Assembly (NCBI RefSeq): GCF_004010195.1
Contig: NC_057720.1
Location: 15,895,397-15,959,396 of the forward strand
Length of the DNA: 64,000 bases
DNA from: Chiloscyllium plagiosum
Lineage: Eukaryota
Reading direction: 5' to 3'
The position numbers and the translations under genes were made by a program. This document shows, in pieces, positions 1 to 12,040 of this stretch. Position 1 is the first letter of the stretch. Every line of letters begins with the position of its first letter. The notes under the pieces are model-generated. The model did no database searches. It was given only the letters and a program-made list of their open reading frames with translations, and was not told the origin of the DNA.

Positions 1-250
1 CCTCTCTTACCTATCAACTCCATCCCCACCCCATTCACCTATTGTACTCTATGCTACTTTCCCCCCACCCCCACCCTCCTCTCATTTATCTCTCCACCCT
101 TCAGGCACTCTGCCTGTATTCCTAGTGAAGGACTTTTGCCCAAAACGTTCATTTTCCTGCTCCTTGGATGCTGCCTGAACTGCTGTGCTTTTCCAGCACC
201 ACTTTACTCCAGAATCTGGTTTCCAGCATCTGCAGTCATTGTTTTTACCT
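1..250 (+). mobile_element. Penelope-like element 3' end / pseudo-LTR with degenerate hammerhead motif
   Basis: Pyrimidine-rich 3' region followed by ...GGATGCTGCCTGAACTGCTGTGCTTTTCCAGCACC...CAGAATCTGGTTTCCAGCATCTGCAGTC. The same terminus follows the GIY-YIG ORF at 27654-27765. Confidence 0.8.
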
Positions 251-317
251 AAGTTGGAAGATGGGGGAGGGGAAATGAGGAAACTGGTGAAGTCCACATT
301 GATGCCCTGGGGTTGAT

Positions 318-800
318 GCCTTGGCATCATAAATGCATACCTAAATACTACTTCAATGTTGTGAGGGCTTTGATCTCGATCACCCTTACAGGCAGTGTGT
401 TCCAGATTCCCACTGACCTCGGGGTGAAAATCTTTTTTGCCACATCTCCTCTGAACCTTCTGCCTCTTACCTTAAATCTATGTCCCAAAAGCAGAAGTTG
501 CTGGAAAAGCTCAGCAGGTCTGGCAACATCCGTGGGCAGAGAACAGAGTTAACGTTTCAGGTCTAAATGACCCTTCTTCAGAGGCTGCTGAGACTTTTTC
601 GCAATTTTGATTTTGTTTCAGATTTCCAGCATCCAGTTATTTCAGTATTTTTCTTAAATCTATGTCCCCTGATCGGTTATCCTTAAACCAAGGGGAAGAT
701 GCCTTTTCCTGTCTACCCTCTCAACTATGTTCTCTACCCCTCCCCAATCTCTCCTACTCTAAAGTAAACAACCCCAGTCTTTCTGGGACAAATTCCAGCA
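318..800 (-). mobile_element. CR1-clade LINE 3' fragment, interrupted by a PLE insert
   Basis: Similar to other CR1 3' ends in the window (CTTAAATCTATGTCCC..., CCTTTTCCTGTCTACCCT). Confidence 0.65.
487..652. mobile_element. Fold-back PLE pLTR insert with 16-bp TSD and hammerhead core
   Basis: Perfect TSD CTTAAATCTATGTCCC at 471-486 and 653-668. The minus strand of 551-581 reads CTGAAGA-A-GGGTC-ATTTA-GACCT-GAAA-CGTT. Confidence 0.8.
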
Positions 801-1910
801 TCTCTTGATCTGTGGATCTTCAGGAAAACTCCTTTAGTTGTTCAATTTTTTACATGTGGAGAATCGTAGTTGACAAGTGTGATCTGTTGTATTTCTTCTT
901 CTGAGATGAGAGACATGCAGAAATGTTATCCATCTTGCAGAGTCAAAGAAATGGCTTTGTGGTTCCATAACTATCCCCCAAAACACTGAAGAAAGAAAAC
1001 ATTCTTCGAAAAAACAAATGGAATCATTTCGTGCATGACAAAGTCCTTGGGCCAACTCAAACAGGTTGGACATTTGTCTACTTAGATTCATTTAAAAGCT
1101 CAAGTTCACACAGAGGTAACGTGGTAGGAATATTCAATGTACTACATCTTGAAGACCAGCAGGCATATCTTTCAGAGCTAGTTTCAAGTCAGGGATTTTT
1201 TTTTTCAATCAATTTTATGAATCTCATGTGAAGTGTTTGTATGGTTACAATGTTAAAGTGGTAGCAATATTAAGCTAATAGGAGATGCAAATTCTAAGAA
1301 GGTTATAATTACATAACTATCAGAAAGATTAATGGAGAAAACAACTTTAACATTAAAATATTATTGTTTTATTACATCTTAAAGTTTGGAAAATATTGGA
1401 TAGTGCTATTCAATTTTCTTCAGATTACGTATTGATCTGTCTTTTGACAACAGGATCACAGGATTGGTGCAGTACAGGTGAAAGCTTTTATGCCCCTCAT
1501 GTCCTCTCTGGTTCTCCCTAAGAACAATTCACCAAGTGTTCACTCCCAGTAGCCCTGCATCCTACCTTGTCAGATGATAATCTAATTCCCTCTTGAATGC
1601 CTCGATTACACCTAACTCTCCTACATGCTCAGGCAGCGTATTTCAGATCGATTGGGATGCAGTAGGGATTTGGCTGTCTCCATAGACCAATTGAAAAGGT
1701 GCATTTTGTGGACCTGTTCCCTTTGGTACTGAGAACAGGGGCCTGTGTGTGAATATATGTCGATTCCCACACATGCAAGCTCAACAATAACATGTCGCTT
1801 AGTATGACCACAGTGGGCAGTGAGTAAGCCATGTTTCACCAGCTTGCATTTGCAAACTCCGGGCTTAATGAAATGTGATTCTGCTATTGGACAACATTTA
1901 CTAAATAACT

Positions 1911-2091
1911 GAGTCAGAAGCCACACAATACCAGGTTATGGTCCAACAAGATTATGTGAAATCACAAGCTTTTGAAGCGCTGGCCCTTCTTCAGGTGAAG
2001 TGACTCTATAACCTGTTGGACAATAATCTGGCATTTTGTGACGTCTGACTTTATCCACCCCAATCCAACATTGGCACCTTCACATCATGGC
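1911..2091. mobile_element. Fold-back PLE pLTR insert (second family) with 12-bp TSD
   Basis: Perfect TSD TACTAAATAACT at 1899-1910 and 2092-2103. Inverted arms CCAGGTTATGGTCCAACA / TGTTGGACAATAATCTGG. Related to 50622-50750 and 25989-26060. Confidence 0.75.
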
Positions 2092-3159
2092 TACTAAATA
2101 ACTCTGTAGAAATTACATCAAAACCAAGTAAGATTGCCACAAGCTGTTGCCTCCTTTCAAAAATTGATTTCTGTGCATTTTAATCCTGAACCAAAGCTTA
2201 GGGTTCTTCACCATCAAGCAATTATTTGAATACAACGTAATAACATTCAAATGATAATAGTCAATGTAATGAAGAAACTGAGAGAGAGAGAGAGAGATAT
2301 GCATTCACAGAACATTTGTGAGCTACCTTCTTTCAAATAATTTCTTTCTCAAATATCATTGTGTTGTCTTGAAAAGCAGTAATAACTATGCTTTTATGTA
2401 ATTATCATATTCAAGGTTCATTGCGATGTATGACTAGATCTCAGTATTTTCAATTTTGATATATTTATGAAATATGTCAGTGAAATGTCAATGCTTTCAA
2501 ATCCAGAAGCAAGACTGGGTATTTTAGTACTTCGACATCTTTTTCCTTAGTAATTCAGGATAGCCCTATGGCTTTCTCAATATTGACATTACATTTTAGC
2601 TTGCTGAACTTTTATCACATAATTGAAATTGGTGCCATGCGTAATTTTAGTGGGCTGGTTTTGTGGTATTTTGCACCAACATGTTGAATTCACCTTTTAT
2701 TGGAACCAAGAACGTATCTGGCACAATTCCAGTGCTACACAGATTTGAGTCGTAGAGTCATAGACGTGTACAACACAGAAACAGAGCCATCAGTCCAACC
2801 AGCCCATGCCGAACATAATCCCAACTAGTCCCACCTGCCTGTTCCTGTCCCATACCCTTCCAAACCTTTCCCACTCACGTATTTATCCAAGTGTCTTTTA
2901 AATGTTGTAACTGTGCTCGTATCCATCACTTCTTCAGGATGTTCATTCCACACATGAACCACCCTCTGTGTAAAACATTTGCCCCTCTCTACTCTCACCT
3001 TAAAAACATGCCCCCTAGTCTTGAAATCCCCCATCCCAGGGAAAATCCCCACTTCAATTAACCCTATTTATACCCAGCATGATAAACCTCTATAAGGTCA
3101 ACTCTCAACCTCCTACGCTCCAGTGAAAGGAGCCTCAGCCTATCTAGCCTTTCTTTATG

Positions 3160-3699
3160 CAGGTACACAATCCTTTATCCGAAACCCTCGGGACCAGTTG
3201 GTTTTCAGAATTCAGAATTTTTTGGATTTTGGAATAAGTGACATTTTAACGGTGAAATTAAAAACATCTGACCAAACATCGGACGCACCTGTGAATATTA
3301 TGAAACCTGAGACAGAATTGACACCTGCCAGTGCTGAGCCATGTCCCCATGTCACATCTGAGTGATGTGGGTCGAGTGGGTGTGGAGTTGGGTTAACTGC
3401 CTGTATCTGGAAAAGCGCAGCAGGTCAGGCAGCATCCAAGGAGCAGGAGAATCGACGGAGCTGAAGAAGAGCTCATGCCCGAAACGTCAATTCTCCTGCT
3501 CCTTGGATGCTGCCTGACCTGCTGCGCTTTTCCAGCAACACATTTTCAGCTCTGATTTCCAGCATCTGCAGTCCTCACTTTCTCCTTAACCGCTTGTATG
3601 CCAAACAGCCTTGTTATGAAGAAAAAACCTTCATGAAAAACACTTCAGATATCGGAGATTTTCGGATTTCGGGATTTCGGATAAAGGATTCGGCATCTG
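3160..3699. mobile_element. Non-autonomous DNA transposon (Tc1/mariner/Tigger-like MITE)
   Basis: Terminal inverted repeats CAGGTACACAATCCTTTATCCGAAACCC and GGGATTTCGGATAAAGGATTCGGCATCTG, followed by TA (3700-3701). The CR1 sequence resumes on either side. Confidence 0.7.
3407..3585 (+). mobile_element. Hairpin PLE pLTR insert with hammerhead motif in the loop
   Basis: 51-bp inverted arms at 3407-3457 and 3485-3535. CTGAAGA..GAAACGTC at 3461-3488. TSD TTAACTGCCTGTAT / TTAACCGCTTGTAT at 3393-3406 and 3586-3599. Confidence 0.85.
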
Positions 3700-4992
3700 T
3701 ACCTCAAACCTTCCGCCCAACAGTATCTGGGTAAATCTCTTCTGAATCCTCTCTAGCTTTAATAATATCCTTCCTCTAAGAGGGCGATCAGAAATGGATA
3801 CAGTACTCCTGAAGAAACCTCACCAATGTCCTGTATAACTTTAACATGACTTCCCAACTCTTATACTCAAAGAAGTTCAGGAGGGATATCCAGGTTTGGT
3901 GCTTCATTGGAATGGGAGAGTGACTATTTGCGTGAAACAAGTTCTTGAGGAATAATGCAGGGTAACAGCCCAGCTTGAAAATGCTTCAATGACCAGGCCC
4001 TGTGCAATAAAAAAAAATGAATGAGCCCATCACCATCAGCAGTACTTCGTCTTTTGTCAGCTATTAGCAGCATTGAAGGTTTGGTTTCATTTCTAACGTG
4101 GAGGAATTTGTGTTGAATCTGAGACTGAAGAACATGGAGAGCCGAGAACCGCCGAGTGAGAGGATGTAGGTTTCTCAAGGTCTGAGTCCAGTACAGAACT
4201 GATAATCCCATGACTCAGAGTTTGCAAAAATCAATGTTGCACTTACCTTCCCTAAACTGCTCCTACCCCAGAGGTGTCAATGTGGTTCAATTAGGAAGTC
4301 AAGCACTCAAGTGCAATGAATGGTTTGTTCCAATAAGTCAAATGCTCCTTTGCTGCAATAATGTGAATGCAGAGTGCCCCAATGGCAACACATTTACAGA
4401 CCCCGTGATCATAGAATGATTGAATGGTTACTGCACCAAAGGTGACCCTTTGGTCCTTCATGCCCAAACTGGCACTCCACTTGAGCTACTCATCTCGTCC
4501 CCTGTCATTTTCCCGGTAACGCTGCAATTTTCTGTCTCTGCAGGAGCTTATCCAATTCCGCGTGGAAAAGTCTGGTTGAATCTGTCACCACCACAGTCTC
4601 ATGAAAGGTATTCCATTACTTGCTGGGCAGAACTTTGCCTCATTTTGTCAATCCTCAATCAATAAAAATAAAAGTAAAACGATGCAAATGCTGAAAACTT
4701 GAAATAGAATTGGAAAGTGCTCAAACAAAAGATGAGTCACAATCGACTCACATCATTGACTGTTTCTCTTCATGTTGAGCCTGCTGACTACTTCCAGCAC
4801 TTTGCGTCTTAATTTCACTTTAAATTACTCACGTCTGGTTCCTAATCTTTCCTCTGCTCCTCACCTACACAATCCAGATCCCCTCATAAATTTGAGTGTC
4901 TCTATCAAATCTTCCCAAAATCTTACAGTCATACAGCATAGAAACAGACCCTACAGCTTATCATTTACACACTGACCAACAAATGCCAAACT

Positions 4993-5270
4993 CGCCTCAG
5001 GTGACTGTGCGACGTATGCACGTTCTCCCTGTGTCTGCGTGGGTTTCCTCCACGTGCTCTGTTTTCTTCTCACAGTCCAAAGATGTGCAGGTCAGGTGGA
5101 TTGGTCATACCAAATTGTCCAGTGTCCAGGAGTGTGCAGGCTTTGTAGATTAGCCATGGGAAATACAGGGTTACAGGGATAGGGTAGGAGTCTAGGTGGG
5201 ATGTTCTTCAGAGGGTCAGTGCAGACTCAGTGAGCTGAATAGTCCCTTTCTTCTCTGTAGGGATTCTATC
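4993..5270 (+). mobile_element. HE1-like SINE (5'-truncated)
   Basis: GTGTCTGCGTGGGTTTCCTCC..CACAGTCCAAAGATGTGCAGGTCAGGTG core shared with the other copies. Confidence 0.8.
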
Positions 5271-5750
5271 CCTCTTCTGCCCTACATGAGAGGAGGCAAT
5301 GGCCTGGTGGGGTTATCATGCGATGCTCAATGTCCTGGGGACCCAGGTTCGAATTCCACCATTATTTGCTTTCAGTTTAAAAAGTCTGGAATGAAACTAT
5401 CTTCAGCTGCTTCACCAGTGACCTTCCCTCCGTCAGAAGGTCAGAGGTAGGGATATTCGGTGATGATTGCACAATGTTCAGCGCCATCCATGACTCCTCA
5501 GATGCTGAACCAGTCCACGTTTGAATGCAAAAACATCTGGATAATATCCAGGCTGGGGCTGAAAAAGTTGTGGGGGATCTATCCAAATGAAATGGTGGAG
5601 TTAAAAAGGACAGTGATAGGTATCTCAGAGTGCCTGCACAAGACGAGCCATTCTTTTGCAGCACTGATTTTCCAAACTATAATTTTCACGATGGGGAGCT
5701 TTATTCCTTTCAAAAGAGAGAATTCTTCTGGACAGCTCCAACTGCTTTAT

Positions 5751-6046
5751 GGGTGGCACGGTGGCTCAGTGGTTAGCACTGCTGTCTCACAGCACCAGGG
5801 TCCCAGGTTCCATTCCAGCCTTGGGCGACTGTCTGTGTGGAGTTTGCACATTCTCTCTGTGTCTGTGTGGGTTTCCTCCCACAATCCAAAGATGTGCAGG
5901 TCAGGTGAATTGGCCATGCTAAATTGTCCATACTGTCAGGTGCATTAGTCAAAGGGAATTGGGTCTGGGTGGGTTGCTCTTCGGAGGGTCAGTGTGGACT
6001 GGTTGGGCTGAAGGGCCTGTTTCCACACTGTAGGAAATCTAATCTA
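5751..6046 (+). mobile_element. HE1-like tRNA-derived SINE
   Basis: A box GGTGGCTCAGTGG, B-box-like GGTTCCATTCC, CR1-derived 3' tail GAAGGGCCTGTTTCCACACTGTAG plus AATCT repeats. Confidence 0.9.
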
Positions 6047-6779
6047 AAATGGAAATGTTTGTTTACATGAGTCACCAAACACTTGAGTGATGTAGTGTTT
6101 GCGTAAGCGTTTGGTTGAAGGAATCTCCATGTATGTATGGACTTTTTTTGTGTTTTTTTCAACATTGACATAATCAATAGACTGAAAACTTCATTTACTG
6201 TCAGGATACCACATGGGTTATGCTTCTGCTGAATAATAAATGGCAATAAGCACTCAACTGGCACTGAGGTGGCATAGAGTCTATAAAGAGCCTTAGGGTT
6301 AAATGGGGCATATGAGGTATGAGAGGTCAATGGGCTTGGGGATATGAGTGGTCATGAGCAACGGGTAAATGGGCAGGGTGAGTTGTAAAGGTTGTAAGTG
6401 GCAGTGTAAGCTGGTGCAGAGGAAATTTATGATCATGGGAGTTGGGCTGGGAGGCATAGGTTGGCATGGGTTGGAGTATGGAGAGTGACGGGGTGACAGC
6501 AGGAGATTTTAGGTTTTAATCTTTATTTTTAAACTTTAAACACAGTGTCGGAATTGTTCGGCAGGCTTCCTGCCCAAAGCTGACCCACTCTCATGGACTG
6601 AAACTGGGAGGTGCAGACTGGCATTGTTGAAGGTTGGTGCAGGAGCTGGGATTTCTCCCACTTACGGACACTTGGCACAGCAACGAAAATCAGGGCCACT
6701 CTCCTCTTCCAACATGCAGTGAAATATACAGAAATATTTTAAAATCTTAAATAAAGTTTCCAACTATGACATTGCAACA

Positions 6780-7140
6780 CACACAATTCACTCTGGACAT
6801 AAAAAGGACAGAATAAGGGGACTTCATAAATAGGGAAAGGTGCGGAGGTCCAAGAACACAGATCATTAAAATGTAAGGAGCAGGTCGAGAAACTAATTAA
6901 AAAGGCTGGTGGAATTTTTGTCTTTAGTTATAGAGAGTAGTATAAAGAAAAGGGCAGAGTTGAGGCTACAGCTATAAAAAAACCACAGATTAGACCGTCA
7001 CTTGGAATACTGCAAGCACGTCCAGTCTAAGGTTGGGGCTAATACATTGGCCTTAAAAGCAATGCTGTGTAGAGCTGCTGGAACGATATCTGAACCCTAG
7101 GAGTTAAACTAGGATTATTTGTAGAAGGTTAAGGGGTGAT
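6780..7140 (+). mobile_element. Old CR1-like LINE fragment
   Basis: Degenerate ..AGACCGTCACTTGGAATACTG.. (RPHLEYC-like) segment. Confidence 0.55.
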
Positions 7141-7660
7141 TTCATCATCATCAAAGATCCATCGAACCCTGATAATACTCTACTACAACCTCTTCCATCA
7201 GGCAGAAGATACAAAAACTTGAACACATGCATCAGCAGATTCAGGAACAGTTTCCTCCCTGCCATTATTGGACTGATTGATGGACTAGGAGAAAGTGAGG
7301 ACTGCAGATGCTGGAGACAAGAGTTGAAAAGTGTGGTGCTGGAAAAACACAGCAGGGCAGGCAGCATCCGAGGAGCAGGAGAATCGACATTTCGGGCATA
7401 AGCCCTTCTTCAGGAAGAAGGGCTTCCTGAAAAAGGGCTTATGCCCGAAATGTCGATTCTCCTGATCGATGGACTCTCTAACTTCAAATAATATTGATCT
7501 TGTCATGTGCACATCCTGTGTGGTGTGACTTTTATGCCTCACACTGTCCAAGTTTTTTTTTGTCCAATCATCTGTATGTCCTTGCTTACTAAGGTCTACC
7601 TCTACTGCTTGCAAACAAAGCGTTTCACTGTACTTAGGTACACATGACAATAAATCAAAG
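7140..7660 (+). mobile_element. Rex1-like LINE 3' end
   Basis: LQPLPSGRRY..NT..SRFRNSF and tail GTGACAATAAA-like sequence match the copy at 29900-30210. Confidence 0.75.
7287..7461 (-). mobile_element. PLE pLTR insert with partial inversion, 14-bp TSD and hammerhead motif
   Basis: TSD CTGATTGATGGACT / CTGATCGATGGACT at 7273-7286 and 7462-7475. Minus strand reads CTGAAGA-A-GGGC-TTAT-GCCC-GAAA-TGTC, with an inverted second copy at about 7426-7464. Confidence 0.85.
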
Positions 7661-7749
7661 AATGGCAATTAACTGCTATACTGAAGAAATGCTGCACTGT
7701 TGGAGGTACCGTCTTTTTCATGAGATAATTAAGTCAAGGTCCATCAATG

Positions 7750-9890
7750 TCCAGAGCAAAGGAATGTGGTGAAGAGTAATGGGAACCCAAAGGATTGGGA
7801 AGCCTTTAATAACCACCCAGAGATAACTACAAAGGCAATAACAGGGACAAGATGAAATATGAGGGTACCCTATCTAGTAATATAAAAGAAGATTGCAAGA
7901 GATATTTTTTAACCTATATAAAAGTTAAGAGAGAGGCAAGAGTGGACCATTGGAAAACAAGGCTGAAAAAGTAGAAATGGGGTACAAAGAAATGGCAGAG
8001 GAACCTGAATAGAGAAGGATAAAAGTTCAGTACAACATCGAGGGCCAAAGGGATGTACTGTGCTGGACTGTTCTATGTTCTATGAACAGTACTTTGCATC
8101 AGTTTTCAGAGTAGAAGATACCAGAAGTATAGCAGAACTTCAAAGGAGTCAAAGGACAGAGGTGATTGTTGTGGCCATCACTTAGGATAAGTTGCTGGAG
8201 AAACTGAAAGGTTTGAAGGTGGATAAATCACCCAAACTGGATGGACTCCACCGCAGAGTTCTGAAGAAGATAACTGGGGAGATTACAGAGGCATTGGTGG
8301 TGATGGTGCCAGAGAGCTGGAAAATGGCTAAAAAGTAACACTCTTGTTTAAGAAGGGAGGGAGGCAGAAGATCGGAAGTTGTAGGCTGGTTAACCTGACC
8401 TCAATCGTTGATAACATTTTAAATTCCATTATTAAGAATGAGCCAGTTAGACAAAGGAGAACCAGTGGATGAGATGTATTGGATGTGAGAATTGGCTGAC
8501 TGGCAAAATGCAAAGAGTAGGGATAAATGGGTCTTTTTTTCAGAATGGTGACTATTGGAGTTTTGCAAGGCTCGATTGTGGGAATACAAGTATTCACGTT
8601 ATACATTAGCACTCTGGACGAAGGAACTGAGGGCATTTTACTAAGTTTGTAGATGACACCATGATAGGTGGAGGGACAGGTAGTGTTGAGAAGCAGAATG
8701 ACTTAGACAGGCTAGGAGAGTGGGCAAGCAAGTGGCAGATGGAAAGTGTAAGATTATGCACTTTGGTAGGAAGAACAGATGTCGAGGCTATTTGCTAAAT
8801 TGTGACAGGCTTCGGAAATCTGAACAACAAAGGGATTTGAGAGTCCTAGTTCAGGGCTCTCTTGTGGTTACCATGCAGATTCAGTTGGCAGTTAGGAAGG
8901 CAAATGCAATGTTAGCATTCATTTCAAGATGGCTAGAATACAAGAGCAGAGATGTACTGCTGAGGCTGTATAAAGCTATGGTTAGACTGCATTTGGAATA
9001 TTGTGAGCAGTTTTGGGCCCTGTACCTAAGGGAGGTGATGCCCTTTTGGTATGGTTACTGGAATGTTGATCTAGAGACAAAGGTAACATTTTGGGAATCT
9101 AGTTTCGAATCGTGTCACAGCAGATGTTGGAATTTGAATTCAATAGAAGAAAACCTGGAATTGTGAGTCTAATAATGACCATAAAACCATCGCTGATTAT
9201 TGGGAAAAACCCATCTGGTCATTAATGTCCATTATGGAAGTACATCTGCCATCCTTACCTTTTCTGACCCACATGTGACTCCAGAGCCACAGCAGTGTGT
9301 TTGACCTTGAACTGCTTTCTCGATAACTGGGGATGAGTAATAAATGCTGGCCTAACCATCGATGTCCTTGTTTTGTGAATGAATTTTAAAAATGTGCTGG
9401 CATTGGAGAGGGTCCAGAAGAGGTTTACAAGAATAATCCTGGGAATGAAGGGTTTATCGTATGAGGAGTGATTGAGGATTCTAGTTCTGAAATCGATGGA
9501 GTTTAGAAGGGCGAGGGATTTCTGATTGAAACTTACAGAATACTGAGAGGTCTGGGGCATGTGGATGTGGAGAAGATGTTTCCATTAGTAGGGAAGACTA
9601 GGACCCAAGGGTATAGTCTCAGAGTGAAGAGAGAACTCTTTAGAACTGAGATGAGGAGGAATTTCTTCAGCCAGAGGATGGTTAATCTGTGGAACTCACA
9701 GAGGGCTATAGAGGTCAAGTCATTGAGTGTATTTAAGACAGAGATAGATAGGTTCTTGATTGGTAAGGAGACTAAGAGTTTAGGAGAGAAGGCAGGAGAA
9801 TGGGGTTGAGAAGCATATCAGCCATGATTGAATGGTGGGGTAGATTCAATGAGCCGAATGGCCTAATTCTGCTCAAATATCATATTATTG
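7750..9890 (+). mobile_element. CR1-clade LINE, decayed RT region to 3' end
   Basis: ORFs CKIMHFGRKN..QRDLRVLV..KANAMLAFI..RLHLEYCEQFW and KTRTQGYSLRV..RRNFFSQRMVNLWNS. Confidence 0.9.
9032..9390 (+). mobile_element. Second SINE/LINE-tail family inserted in CR1
   Basis: AAAAACCCATCTGG..CATGTGACTCCAGA..AATAAATGCTGGCC. Related copies lie at 23240-23475, 30745-31082, 34495-34810 (minus) and 44230-44600. Confidence 0.7.
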
Positions 9891-10860
9891 TATCCTTTGA
9901 ATTTGTTTAAAGAAAAGCATTTAAGGTCTCCTGGTGACTTGATCACCGTTTATTATCCCTCACACTACATCATTAAAACAATTCATTTTTGTCTGTTGCC
10001 TGTAGGACTTTGTCATTTGCAAATTAATTGCCAAGATTGCCTACAATGATGACAATTTCATTGGTAAACAAGCGTTCTGAGAAATCCTGAATTTCTGGAA
10101 GTTGTTATATAGAAGCAAGTTCTCCCTTAATCAAACTGAGATAGCTTAATTGATGGAAGTAAAGGTTTTAGCAAATTTGTCAAAATCCACATATCTGAAA
10201 ATAGGCTTAATGATTATTTTGTACTGTGTTCATGCTCATGATAACCGAGTCAGCCATTGTTAGCTGTCTGTGTAGATATGTAAATAATTGAAGGCCAGAT
10301 TCCAGCATAATGAAAAGCTAAGATCTCCTTTATATCAATCGAGAAAAGAAAGTATTGTTACTCATTTCAGTAACACAAAATGTCAATTGCATATTAATAA
10401 TTTGTAAAAACCTTTTGTTCATTTCTCTTGTTTTTCTTCAAACATTGAAGTTGTTCAGACAGATAGTAAATATGCTTCATTGATTCAGTGACTCAGGAAG
10501 CAAAAAACTACACAAAACTAATCTGCTATCCAATGCTACCTCTGAAGGTACATCTAATTATCTTGTTTGTAGCAATCAACAGAAATCCAAGTCTTTATTG
10601 TCACTTAGATCATTGCTAGTTTACACTTATCACAGAATTATATTTCTGCATTGACGTTTATGTGTCATTGTCATTTTTATTTAAAATTGCTACAGAAAGA
10701 CCTGAACTTGCCCAGGAATTATATGTCTCTCATCTATTAAGAAGGGCCAGTGTGTAGAGTATTGAAAAGCTAAAGGATGTACCTTGGCTACTTAGAGGAA
10801 TCACATGTAGAAGCAGATATTTTCTGCTAAAATATGGGCTTTTTTTGTCACAGCAAGTAA

Positions 10861-11200
10861 GGGCAGCACGCTGGCACAGTGGTTAGCACTGCTGCCTCAC
10901 AGCGCCAGGGAACAGGTTCAGTTCCAGGCTCGGGCGACTGTCTGCGTGGAGATTGCACGTTCTCCCCGTTTCTGCGTGGGTTTCCTCCAGGTGCTCTGGT
11001 TTCCTCCCACAATCGAAAGATGTGCAAGTTAGGTCAATTGGTCATGATAAGTTGCCCATAGGAATGTGTAGATTAGGTGCATTAGTCAGAGGCAAATATA
11101 GGATAAGGGAATGAGTCTGGGTGGGTCACTCTTCGGAGAGTCAGTGTGGACTTGTTGGGCCAAAGGGCCTGTTTCCACACCATAGGGTTTCTAATTCTAA
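10861..11200 (+). mobile_element. HE1-like SINE
   Basis: Full tRNA-like head, conserved core and CR1-type tail. Confidence 0.9.
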
Positions 11201-11928
11201 CATGGATAATAGAGGAGCTACATTTAACAGCTAGTGGGGCAGTTTGAATTCTAAATGTTTCTGATGGGATACACATGGTTTCTGTCCCAGGAACATCACA
11301 GTGGGACAGACAATTACTGTGTGGGGAGGCTACAGATTCATGGAGATTGCTTTTTTCCAGCCATTTCACAAACGCACCAGTGGCTTGCTATCTAGAGGCT
11401 CCATACCCAGAAGTGGAGGACAATGACACCAATGGTTGACCCCATAACCTCGATGCTGCTACTGAGGAAGTTAGCCCTTTACGTGACGGGGAACTGCTTG
11501 CATGGCCCAGGCACAGAAATAAATTTGTCACCAGCAGTGTAAGGATACAATAACACAGAATAAGAGGTGGGCTCTACCTCTTCCTGCAGCCTCAGAAATG
11601 GTGACCTCGAATCAATGGAGTTGCTGAGGCTGAAGAATTGATGGCCTCTGCCATAGAGGCAGTCCGCCTTTTAAATAATCGCTCCTAACCCTGTTTCAGG
11701 ATTGTTAATTGCCAGCATTGAGCTCCTCCATAAGCTCTGTGAGCTGAGGACCAACATTGGGTCACAAGGTCAGGACTTTCTTCATGACCACAAAATCCTG
11801 GTCACAAAGTCAACTACAGGAGCATAGTTACAGTCATGCATCAGCTTTACAGGATGACCAACACTCATTTCTGAATGTTGACAGAATGTAGTTACAGTCA
11901 AAAGCGTAATGAACCCAATTGTAAACCA

Positions 11929-12040
11929 TTCTGAGGAAAGGTCACTAGACCCAAAACGTTAACTCTGTTTTCTCTCCACGGAAACCTGCTGAGTTTCCTG
12001 TTTTCATTTCTGATTTCCATCATCCGCGGTTCTTTGTCTT
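11929..12040 (+). mobile_element. PLE pLTR fragment with decayed hammerhead motif
   Basis: CTGAGGA-AAGGTC-ACTA-GACCC-AAAA-CGTT-AACTCTG. Same family as 35505-35640, 39333-39460 and 44820-45055. Confidence 0.7.

Larger units (their letters stand above)
2748..3872 (-). mobile_element. CR1/HER1-like LINE 3' fragment with nested insertions
   Basis: ORF 2825-3052 KTRGHVFKV..FTQRVVHVWN..TFKRHLDKY is a CR1 ORF2 C-terminus, followed by a (GACTCTAT)-type tail. Confidence 0.85.

Noticed and set aside
4247..4352. Minus-strand exon-like segment with strong gtaagt donor
   Set aside because: All three frames contain stops. No support for coding, and non-coding use cannot be judged.
5751..5820. SINE heads as tRNA genes
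   Set aside because: A/B boxes are present, but there is no full cloverleaf and each head continues into SINE core sequence.
5460..5948. ORFs containing 'HGGSVVSTAASQ' or 'GGNPRRHRENVQTPH' peptides (also 20206, 21953, 52699)
   Set aside because: Translations of HE1-like SINE sequence, not genes.
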